Below are positions 38,756-47,298 of a stretch of DNA of 64,000 nt, one piece after another (position 1 is the first letter of the stretch; every line of letters begins with the position of its first letter). Source of the stretch: an uncultured Acidobacteriota bacterium (GTDB lineage: Bacteria > Acidobacteriota > Thermoanaerobaculia > Gp7-AA8); NCBI GenBank assembly GCA_963822445.1, contig CAWGHO010000003.1, forward strand, positions 224,001-288,000. Reading direction: 5' to 3'. The position numbers were made by a program, and so were the translations under genes. The notes beneath the pieces are model-generated. The model saw nothing but the letters and a program-made list of their open reading frames with translations. It was not told where the DNA came from and did not search any database.

Positions 38756-38887
38756 CACGCGCGATTGTGCCATCACGCTCGATGGTGAGGGACGAACTGA
38801 GGGCGGAAGGTCGCACCTTGATGCGGCAGCGTGACTCCGGCAAGCCAAGCGGAGGTGTGACCCGTAACTTCCGGCGCTCTCGCGGAA

Positions 38888-39035
38888 TCTCGAACGCCAG
38901 CGGAACGTCATTCGCGGCGCCGCTTGTGGCCGACGGTCAGCCTGCCGAGCTTGACGAAGCCGGGACCTCACGCGGCGGCAGATCCTCAACCACACCTCGG
39001 GTGTTAGTCGCGAATCGTTCCCACCCGGCCCGCCG
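38888..39035 (+). repeat. Mosaic of degraded S8 and serine-hydrolase gene fragments
   Basis: 38888-38932 resembles 32881-32925; 38968-39035 resembles 29620-29687. Confidence 0.75.
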
Positions 39036-39053
39036 TGGCAAAGCCTTACTAAT

Positions 39054-40124
39054 TCAATGGACACGGACTTCAGCTGCGGACAGCCACGACTGCAGGGCGG
39101 CAACTGTTACATACCGCGCGCCGGTGCCGTGGTACTGCGCGACCAGCTCTGACCACAGCACGTTTCGCAGCGCGCGTTCCCACAACAGGGCAATCGCGCG
39201 AGACCGAAACGATAGAGCGATAACGCAATCCGACAGTTGGACTTCGCGCGTAAGAATGATGGCGCGAACGTTCTCTCTTAAAGGAAGACCAACCCGCGGA
39301 AGGAAGATCACGTCGCCCGATACACGGCCGCGCTCAATTCCATGTACTCGGCCGAGTGTCGCTGGGTTTACGTCACGCGCCAGAGACGAAAGATCTGTGG
39401 AGTGCACGTACGACACTCCCTGCTTGGCGCGTTGTGCCTCGTAAACGGGAAGGCCTCCACGGATGAGCGCCACGGATGAGCTACTCATCATGCCGCGCTT
39501 GCTACCATCTGCAACGGTAACGTGACTTTTGCGCGTAAAGCGCGCGACCAAAGCGTTCGCGCGCGTGCCACGGAAGGTGCTGTTCCTTAGTTGTGCCACA
39601 AAGGTAGTGTCATAGCCGCGACTCACTATAGATCTGGCTTGCGCATCAAGCTCCGAGTACATGAGCGATTCTGGTAGCACCGCGCAACAGACGGTTGGCA
39701 ACGCACGCGTAAGCACAGTCAAGACATGAGCCATCGCCACGGAGCAGCGGCCATTGAAATCCTCTAGGCGTACTATTACGCCTTTTGTTGCCGCCATGCT
39801 GAAGGGTGGGTTCAGGAGCGCCAAGTCCGCGCCTATTCCGACGCGTCCGGCGTGAAGCCGCGCCCACGACTTCTCGTCAAGTGCGTCCCCGCGGGAAAGA
39901 GTCCAGTCGGGATACCTTCGCCTCAGCCGCGAAATCGCAGCGTGATCGACATCGATGCCGACGCAGCGGACGTTCGGCAATATGTCTTTCGCGGCGGCTA
40001 GAAGACTTCCATCTCCGCAAGTGCTGTCGAGGCACCGCTCGCTTGCTGACTCACCTGCGGCCTCGACGACGGAACGAGCGACAGCAGGCGGCGTGTAGTA
40101 TCGATCAAGTTCAGTTGGCCACAT
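39054..40124 (-). CDS. Amino (N6/N4) DNA methyltransferase-like protein
   Basis: YYTPPAVA; LDSTCGDGSLL; NPPF. Confidence 0.82.
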   Translation of the reverse strand: MWPTELDRYYTPPAVARSVVEAAGESASERCLDSTCGDGSLLAAAKDILPNVRCVGIDVDHAAISRLRRRYPDWTLSRGDALDEKSWARLHAGRVGIGADLALLNPPFSMAATKGVIVRLEDFNGRCSVAMAHVLTVLTRALPTVCCAVLPESLMYSELDAQARSIVSRGYDTTFVAQLRNSTFRGTRANALVARFTRKSHVTVADGSKRGMMSSSSVALIRGGLPVYEAQRAKQGVSYVHSTDLSSLARDVNPATLGRVHGIERGRVSGDVIFLPRVGLPLRENVRAIILTREVQLSDCVIALSFRSRAIALLWERALRNVLWSELVAQYHGTGARYVTVAALQSWLSAAEVRVH

Positions 40125-41058
40125 GGGATGGTTTTAACGTGTAGAAATGAACGAGACCGATACCCTGTGTTCGGCCCGCCTTCCGAACCGGGTGGTCGTA
40201 CATCAATTCAGTCGAGTCCGGAAATCTCAGCGCATAGCAGACCGCGCCGACAGCATGTGGTTTGGTGCCAATAGGAGCGATGTACATGTACTTGCCACCG
40301 CTGTCGCGCTGTATGTCGGCGAGTGTTTCGAACGTCTCGAACGGACAGCTCGCGGCAGCAATTCGGATATTGCCGTGGGCTCGTGTTTCTTTCAAAAACT
40401 CAGAGTTGCTCGCATACGTTACCTGCGGATACTCGACTCTAAATCCTGGTATTCCGATGATCGCGTACACCGGCGGGAGGGGATCTAGCGTGAGCGCAAC
40501 ATGAGTCGCTCGTTTGCCCTCGAACCCGAGTAGTGCGACAAAAATAGCGTCCTGTTCCTCCTCGGGTCCGACTAGCTTAGCGAACCCGGGTAGCGGCTCG
40601 ATGCCGCGAAAGCTTTCACTCAAATCGTACTCCGTGCGCGAGGTTGGATTTGGGTGGGGGCGGTAAAAGTCTGGCTCTGCGTAGACGATGCGCAGCGTCT
40701 GGAGTGCGGCGAAGCTTGCTCGGAGCAGCGGCGCCCAAACATGATGAGCTAAGCCAGACACGTCCACATACGCGCCGGTGAAACCGTCGAAGAGCGCCGT
40801 GAGCCGATCCGAGTCGTGAAGCCCTATCTCGAAGGGCGCACCGGAACTACGCCGTGCGACCACACTGTTAGGCGTCGCACTAACAACCTCGACGCACTGC
40901 TCGGGTCGCTCGTGAAGGCACTCATCCCAGAGCGGTGCTCGGCTGCGCACTTCTGTACCGCCCGAGCTAAATATGTACCCCGCGTCAGGATCGAGATCTG
41001 ACCAACGCGGTTGCCAAACGCGCAGCGTCTTGCCAGCAGCCGCTCGCGTGCGCGTCAT
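40111..41058 (-). CDS. Hypothetical protein, possible CARF-like Rossmann fold
   Basis: VDVSGL; LLGFEGKRA; IGIPGF; IAPIGTKPHAVG; YDHP; overlaps both neighbours. Confidence 0.65.
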   Translation of the reverse strand: MTRTRAAAGKTLRVWQPRWSDLDPDAGYIFSSGGTEVRSRAPLWDECLHERPEQCVEVVSATPNSVVARRSSGAPFEIGLHDSDRLTALFDGFTGAYVDVSGLAHHVWAPLLRASFAALQTLRIVYAEPDFYRPHPNPTSRTEYDLSESFRGIEPLPGFAKLVGPEEEQDAIFVALLGFEGKRATHVALTLDPLPPVYAIIGIPGFRVEYPQVTYASNSEFLKETRAHGNIRIAAASCPFETFETLADIQRDSGGKYMYIAPIGTKPHAVGAVCYALRFPDSTELMYDHPVRKAGRTQGIGLVHFYTLKPSHVAN

Positions 41059-42935
41059 GTGGATGTTGGGCCCGCGTGCACTGATTCATAGAACGAAGAG
41101 AACATCGCGAGCTGCGTTGGCAAATCGTCTGTGGAAGTGGGCTGACCTCCCATTAGTGTCGCTAAAGCCCGCCGTGGGTTTTCGAAGATGTCTAGGAGGG
41201 CCTCCGCGGGGAATGTGCAGCGGCGCTTGCGGCGATGTGAGTACTCGAAGAACGGTGCAAAAATCGGGTGAATACGAAACTCATCATCGCGCATCTCACG
41301 TTGGGTCGTCGCCTTCGTCCTCGGCGTCGCTTCGAACGCGAGGTTAGACACACCCTCATGCAATAAGGCCAGCACGCGCATGCGCGCGTCTTCCGCGCCG
41401 GACACGACAAACGAGTTCCGCTCCGGCGACTTGCCGACGGGATCCCTTGCGAACTCAAAAAACACCTTACCAAGCGCGAGAACTAAACGTTTGATCTCGG
41501 AGCCGTGTTCGCTGAGACCTTCGAGTTGGTCTAACCGGCGCTTCCCGACTGCTCGAGCGGCTAAGGTTTGATGCTCCGGAGGCAATTGGCCCGCGTAAGC
41601 GGCCGATGCGTCGGGATCACTCGCGAGTTGCGCGATCGCTTCATCAATAAGTTCGATGAAATATCGTATATTGCCGGAGGCCAGTCCAGTAAATGTCCGC
41701 GCACCACTGAAGTACTTGCGAATCCGTGCGCCCTTGCGTCCTTTCGACAACCAGAAGAGGCTCGCGTAACCGTAGTTCCCGAGCCGAGTAGCCCACTGAT
41801 CGGGATTGTTCTTCCAGTCTCTCGCCAGATCCGTCGCCGTCCCCTTACCGCCTTCGGACCAATACTTGACGAAGTAAAGTTCGTTCTTAGGAACGTCCTT
41901 AGCCCACCGGATGAGGCCGGTGTCATTAGTTGCGATGATCTCATCAAGAACGTCCTCCGCGACCCGAGAGCATCCGAGCTTCTCAGCTTCAATCGAAAAA
42001 GACATTTCAGGTAGAAAGTCGTCCAGACTATCGGCGACTTGCAGGCCACGGTCTTGGGCGCGCTCTAGCCGGTGCTCAACGACCTGTTTCGCAAAAACTT
42101 CGAAGCTCTCCTCGCCGATATCGATCTCCGAATAATCGTCGGGCGTAGCGAGTACGTCGTTCGTGCCGCTCGTTGCACGCGAGCGCAACCCGCCACGCTT
42201 GACGCCTACTTTGTACGAAAGCGGGGGCTCTGAGTGCTTTATATAGGTGTTAAGGATCGCTTGCTGGTAGTCGAGAAGATTTTCATACTCGTCGATGCAG
42301 CAAAATACCGTTTTCCCAGTCGCGAGTGGTGACGATATGAGCGTTTCAACGAAGTGCCGCAACGGCGCCTCCTGCACGGAGAATACCGGCCGTTTCGCCT
42401 GCGTCGGATTGTTAACGTAGAGTTCCAGCGCCACGAGACTGGCATTCAGACACTTCAGGAACCCCCCGCAGTCGGTTATATCGTGCACATCGAAACTGGC
42501 TGCAACCGAAGCAATGTTGAGCGGCGTGGAACCATCGCGCTGCTCCAACCATTGTGCAAGGCGACAAAGTTCGGTTACGCAAAGAATATTAAAATAGTGC
42601 GCGAAAGCCTTCTCCCAATCACTCGTCGGAAGCTCAGTGCCTTGAAACGCGCGAACTCGATTCTTATTGATCCGGATGTAGATCCCGAGGTAGGGGAGTG
42701 TGCCAGCGGGCAGGCCTTCGGATGACAGACGGGCCGCCGACGCGTCGAACCTCAGAGAACGCAGCGACGTGGTCTTGCCAGTACCGCGCCCACCGATCAG
42801 AAAGCAAGGCCGTGCGACTTCTAGTTTCGGAAAATAGGGCGGGGCGATGAATAGGTCGCCGAAAAGCGCCGCGGACCACTCGGCCCGATAGTCGGAAAAA
42901 AAATCGCCTAACCTACGTAGCTCGCTAATACTCAT
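41055..42935 (-). CDS. ORC/Cdc6-like (STAND-related) P-loop ATPase
   Basis: YRAEW; Walker A GGRGTGKTT; Walker B CCIDEYENL; LASGNIRYFIEL; ATGA overlap with the upstream gene. Confidence 0.82.
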   Translation of the reverse strand: MSISELRRLGDFFSDYRAEWSAALFGDLFIAPPYFPKLEVARPCFLIGGRGTGKTTSLRSLRFDASAARLSSEGLPAGTLPYLGIYIRINKNRVRAFQGTELPTSDWEKAFAHYFNILCVTELCRLAQWLEQRDGSTPLNIASVAASFDVHDITDCGGFLKCLNASLVALELYVNNPTQAKRPVFSVQEAPLRHFVETLISSPLATGKTVFCCIDEYENLLDYQQAILNTYIKHSEPPLSYKVGVKRGGLRSRATSGTNDVLATPDDYSEIDIGEESFEVFAKQVVEHRLERAQDRGLQVADSLDDFLPEMSFSIEAEKLGCSRVAEDVLDEIIATNDTGLIRWAKDVPKNELYFVKYWSEGGKGTATDLARDWKNNPDQWATRLGNYGYASLFWLSKGRKGARIRKYFSGARTFTGLASGNIRYFIELIDEAIAQLASDPDASAAYAGQLPPEHQTLAARAVGKRRLDQLEGLSEHGSEIKRLVLALGKVFFEFARDPVGKSPERNSFVVSGAEDARMRVLALLHEGVSNLAFEATPRTKATTQREMRDDEFRIHPIFAPFFEYSHRRKRRCTFPAEALLDIFENPRRALATLMGGQPTSTDDLPTQLAMFSSFYESVHAGPTST

Positions 42936-43846
42936 TGATATTTCACTAGTCGAATCCAAGAACCAGGTCCTTTCGCCCAAAGGAGCGGAATAGTGCTGTC
43001 CGGAACACCATGTTCAAACGCGAACAATAAACCGAGCTCGTGAAACCCAAACAGCGGACCGTCGCCGCTTTGGAGGAAAGGCTTCAAGTCCAGTGATCCT
43101 GCGTGGCGCTGCAAGAACGCTCGTAAAGCGGTCTGAATATCGTCCATGGGCGGGTCGAGTTGGGGCGCCTGGAGTGTTTGTACTGAGTACGTGGCGTCGA
43201 GCACGTGCGTCGATACGATCGTGATTCCCGGCGCGGCGGTTTGAGCATTGCGGATCGCCGTGTCCGTGGCTATTAGCGCGAGGCAGAACGCGTCAAACGG
43301 CCGCGCAGCATGGGCTTCTTTAAAAGACTGGGGCCCGTTGCCGGGATGTGGTCGGTTCCAAGTCTTGATGAGTTGCTGCCCACTCCCGAGGAAATCGTCG
43401 ACAAACACCACCGGGCGACCTGTTGCTTTGACCTCCGCGAGCGCTTTACCGGGTTCGAAAAAGCGATCATCGTCGAGTTCAATGAGGTCCCGGAGCTTCC
43501 GGCACATTGTTTTGCCTGAATCGGTCGGACGCGGATTCTCGCCTTCGACCGGTGCGAATACAAGACTCTGGAGAAAGGTAACGGGATCGCCGGGCTGCGT
43601 GATCCTTCCTAGAAGGACATCATCCTCGAACCGGTTATACGCCGCCACGAGTAGACGGTCTGATGCCCGGTCGGCGTAGAAGATGAAGTTATCTAGAATT
43701 ATCGCGGCGAGTAGGCGCTCATGGTCGTCAGTGAAGTTGGTCAGCCACGCTGCCGGCCGAAGTCTAGGCTCGGGAGCCCACAACCCATTGTTCTTGAGCG
43801 CTTCGCATTTCGCGAGGACGCTCTCAACGTACAGATCGGCTCGCAT
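42932..43846 (-). CDS. Phosphoribosyltransferase-like conflict effector (PRTase-CE-like)
   Basis: WLTNF; PRPTDSG; PRPP loop VFVDDFLGSGQQ; FEHGVPDSTIPLLW. Confidence 0.78.
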   Translation of the reverse strand: MRADLYVESVLAKCEALKNNGLWAPEPRLRPAAWLTNFTDDHERLLAAIILDNFIFYADRASDRLLVAAYNRFEDDVLLGRITQPGDPVTFLQSLVFAPVEGENPRPTDSGKTMCRKLRDLIELDDDRFFEPGKALAEVKATGRPVVFVDDFLGSGQQLIKTWNRPHPGNGPQSFKEAHAARPFDAFCLALIATDTAIRNAQTAAPGITIVSTHVLDATYSVQTLQAPQLDPPMDDIQTALRAFLQRHAGSLDLKPFLQSGDGPLFGFHELGLLFAFEHGVPDSTIPLLWAKGPGSWIRLVKYQ

Positions 43847-44079
43847 GCGACAGCATTCTCCTCTGCGCCGCTAGTAACGGCAAGAGTTGCTTTCTACCAT
43901 TCTTCTGATGAGATCTCGGAAGGCTCGTCTCGCGTGGTGCCGGGTGTGTAGATCCTGTTGCGACCCGGCTCGGCACGCATCAATGAGTGGCTCGGCGGCA
44001 CGCCAGCCGATCTGCGGGCACGGATCTTCGGACCAGGCCTGAAGAGATTGACGTCGCTAGCCGAACAAGCTACGACGAT

Positions 44080-44477
44080 CATGGCTGGAAACGCAGATGG
44101 AGGCGGTAGTGGACCCGGGGGGCGCGGGCGTGGCTTCCAGCCAGGGTTCGGCCCCGAGTTCACCGTGAAACAAGACGCGACGACGCGTGACGATCACGCG
44201 CGGCGGTCAGGCCGGTGAGTCAACTCCGCTCACATACAAACTCGACGACTCGGAGAGCAAGAACACCATAACCCGCGACGGTCAGCAGATCGAACAGATC
44301 TCGACGGCGAAGTGGGAGGGGAACACGTTGGTGATCGTTACGCAGCTGAACTTCCAGGGCAACACGCGGGAAATGCGCCGCGTACTGTCGCTGGACGGCG
44401 GCAACCTCCTGATCGATCAGACCACCCCCGGGCGCAACGGCGACACGACGGTCAAGGTCGGCTTCAAGAAGGGTTAA
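44080..44477 (+). pseudogene. 5'-truncated, frameshifted secreted beta-barrel hypothetical protein
   Basis: GPEFTVKQDAT / TITRGGQ...YKLDDSES...AKWEGNTLVI in two frames; no signal peptide next to the island edge. Confidence 0.55.
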
Positions 44478-44492
44478 CGTGCTCTACGTCGG

Positions 44493-44520
44493 AGCCGACG
44501 CCGCGCTGCGGGCGTCGGCT
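44493..44520. terminator. Hairpin between convergent genes
   Basis: AGCCGACGCC-N8-GGCGTCGGCT. Confidence 0.55.
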
Positions 44521-44531
44521 TTGGCCCGCCT

Positions 44532-47186
44532 CTACAGGAAGTTCTCGACCAGCATCAGATCGTCGGTAGAGCTGTCGACCTTCGAGTAAAAGAGCACGAG
44601 CCCGTCGCGCGTGGCCGTCGGCACCCATTGGACGTGGCCGAGGTTTTCGGCGACGGTGTGCGTTTCCTCGGTGGCGAAGTCGAGAAAGCGCAGGCGGGCC
44701 TGACCGCCCGCGCGATCGAAATAATAGATTCCGGCATCAACCGGAACGAAGCCCCACCCCAGAAGACCGTCGACGACCCGTTTCGGCGAGCCGGAAGCAA
44801 ACGGAAGCTGCCAGAGCACGCCGTTCACGTCGTCGACGTGCGTGTAGTACAGCGAACGGCCGTCGGCTGCTTCGAGGCCGTACCAGGCGCCGCGGGTCGT
44901 GATCTGCGCCGCGGGTCCGCCGCCGAAGGGCATCTTCCAGATCTGATATTCGCCCGTGCGTGTCGAGCAGAAATACATCCAGCGTCCATCGTGCGAGAAC
45001 GTCGCGCCCTGATCGAACGCCGGATGGTCTGTCAGGCGGCGCGGTTGCCCACCCGTGGACGGCATCATGAAGAGATCGAAGTTGCCCGGTTGATTCGAGC
45101 CGAAAGCGATCCAGCGGCCGTCGTTGGACCAGCGCGGGCCGCCGGTGGCGTGGGCCTTCATGGACGTGAGTTTCACGGCGTTCGCGCCGTCGGTGTCGGA
45201 CGTCCAGATCTCCCAGTCCCCCGAACGGGTCGACGTGAAGGCCATGCGCTTTCCGTCCGGGGAGAGTTGCGCGTGAATGTCCATCCTGGTCGACGCGATG
45301 GCAACGCGCGGAGGCGCCCCGGTGGTGACACCGGGCCTGCTCATGTCGATGCGCCAGATGTTCAGGTCCGTGTAGCTCCACGCGTACACGAGCCGACTTC
45401 CACGATTCGTTGTCGCGGGCGCGATGGCCGCGAGATACCCGTCTTCACCGGCGAAGGGAAGCTTCACCGGGGGATCGTCTTCGAACGCGCTCACACGCCA
45501 GAGTCCACTCTTCGCCGAAACCAGGATCTCTTTTCCTTCGGGCAGCCACACGGGGTGCTCGCCGTTGAGGTCTCTAGAGACGACCAGACGCGATGCTCCA
45601 GCGGGCGTCACGCCGTTTCCGAGCGGCAGCGCGTGGATCTCGCCGATGCCCCAGTCCAGAGCGCGCCGGAAGATGAGAGTCCGTCCGTCAGGCGAGATCG
45701 CCGGGCTGGTGTGCGAAAGCGCTGTTGCCGGCGGTGCGGTCAACGGCCGTTTCGCCCCGGTCTCGATCGAGACGACGTAGAGCGCGTCGCGTTTTCCATC
45801 GCTCGCTGCATCGGTGATGACCAGACAGGTGCTGTCGGGACACCAGCTGATGTAGGCGGCTGGAACGTCCGACGTATTGTGCACGCGGACTTCCGTGACT
45901 TTTCGCTCCGGACCGCCGAGGGGCGCGACGAGTCTCAGCTCGTGCACGTTCTCCTTGATCATCCCGTTGACACCTCGCAGGAAGGCGATCCAGCGTCCGT
46001 CCGGCGACCAGGCAGGATTGAAGTCGCTGAGCGGATCGGTCGTCAGGCGGAGGGGCGTGCCCGAGCCGATCATTTGAACGTAGAGATCCTCGTTGTCAGC
46101 CGCCGGACCGTTCCAGGTGAATACGACCTGATTGCCATCGGGTGAAAAGGCGGGATAACGCTCCGCGCCGGCGAAGGTCGTAAGGGCCGCGGCATTGGCT
46201 CGGCTCGATTCTTCGGGGCGCGTGGTGCGGCCTGCAAACGCGATCCACAAGACTGCCGTCAACAGCGCGGCAGCGAGGATCGCCGCGGGCCACCATCGCT
46301 TCCCGTCGACGCGGCGCGCCGGACGGCTCGACGCCGTCTCCGATTCGGCGCGGAGATCTTCGAGCGCCGCTTTCAGATCCAGCATCGTCTGGAAACGGCG
46401 GGAGGGATCCTTCCGAAGACAGCGAAGGATCACCTTTTCGAGATCGACAGGGATGCTGGCGTTGACCTGCCGCGGGGGCGGAGGTTCGTCGTGGAGGAGG
46501 TTGTGGAGAATCGCGACGCGACTGTTTCCGACGAACGGTCTCCGTCCCGTGGTCATCTCGTAGAGGACGATGCCGAGGCTGAAAATGTCCGATCGCGCGT
46601 CCACCTTCAGCCCCTCGGTCTGCTCCGGCGACATGTAGGCGACGGTCCCGACGATCACTCCCTCTTCGGTGAGCGGAGCGGCCAGCGTGGGTGCATCGGG
46701 CGACAGGTCGGACGGCTCGGTCAGTTTGGCCAGACCGAAGTCCAGGACCTTGCAATGACCGTCGCTCGCGACCATCACGTTCGACGGCTTCAGATCGCGA
46801 TGAAGAATGCCCGCGCCGTGTGCGGCCGCAAGTCCGTCGGCGATCTGCATGCCGTACTGCAAGGCGAGCCGAATGGGCAGACCCTCGGCGGGAATGACCG
46901 CACTGAGCGGCCGGCCCTCGACGTGTTCCAGGACGAGGAAGTCCACTCCATCATCGGAGCGCACGTCGTGGACCGTGACGATGTTGGGATGGTTCAACGC
47001 GCTGGCGGCACGGGCCTCGCGGATGAAGCGCTCCTTCCGATTCGATTCCGCGACTTTCTCCGGAGGAATGATCTTCAGGGCCACCACGCGGTTGAGGTAC
47101 GTGTCACGGGCCCTGTACACGACGCCCATGCCGCCTTCACCGAGCTTCGCTTCGATGAGGTAGCGATCGAGTGTGCGGCCAATCAT
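44532..47186 (-). CDS. Ser/Thr protein kinase with PD40 beta-propeller
   Basis: GEGGMG, HRDLKPSN, DFG, YMSPE; WSPDG repeats. Confidence 0.95.
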   Translation of the reverse strand: MIGRTLDRYLIEAKLGEGGMGVVYRARDTYLNRVVALKIIPPEKVAESNRKERFIREARAASALNHPNIVTVHDVRSDDGVDFLVLEHVEGRPLSAVIPAEGLPIRLALQYGMQIADGLAAAHGAGILHRDLKPSNVMVASDGHCKVLDFGLAKLTEPSDLSPDAPTLAAPLTEEGVIVGTVAYMSPEQTEGLKVDARSDIFSLGIVLYEMTTGRRPFVGNSRVAILHNLLHDEPPPPRQVNASIPVDLEKVILRCLRKDPSRRFQTMLDLKAALEDLRAESETASSRPARRVDGKRWWPAAILAAALLTAVLWIAFAGRTTRPEESSRANAAALTTFAGAERYPAFSPDGNQVVFTWNGPAADNEDLYVQMIGSGTPLRLTTDPLSDFNPAWSPDGRWIAFLRGVNGMIKENVHELRLVAPLGGPERKVTEVRVHNTSDVPAAYISWCPDSTCLVITDAASDGKRDALYVVSIETGAKRPLTAPPATALSHTSPAISPDGRTLIFRRALDWGIGEIHALPLGNGVTPAGASRLVVSRDLNGEHPVWLPEGKEILVSAKSGLWRVSAFEDDPPVKLPFAGEDGYLAAIAPATTNRGSRLVYAWSYTDLNIWRIDMSRPGVTTGAPPRVAIASTRMDIHAQLSPDGKRMAFTSTRSGDWEIWTSDTDGANAVKLTSMKAHATGGPRWSNDGRWIAFGSNQPGNFDLFMMPSTGGQPRRLTDHPAFDQGATFSHDGRWMYFCSTRTGEYQIWKMPFGGGPAAQITTRGAWYGLEAADGRSLYYTHVDDVNGVLWQLPFASGSPKRVVDGLLGWGFVPVDAGIYYFDRAGGQARLRFLDFATEETHTVAENLGHVQWVPTATRDGLVLFYSKVDSSTDDLMLVENFL

Positions 47187-47298
47187 CGGAAGACGACGAT
47201 TGTATGCTCTCGTTATACTGCTCGCCGGTCGCAATCCAATTCGAGCCAATCAAAACGAGTAAATCCGACGGGTGTTGAAGCCCGCCGGCGGTAAGACC

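Noticed and set aside
39054-40124. Classical type II restriction-modification system
   Set aside because: No adjacent nuclease gene was recognised; the neighbours are ATPase/PRTase-type.
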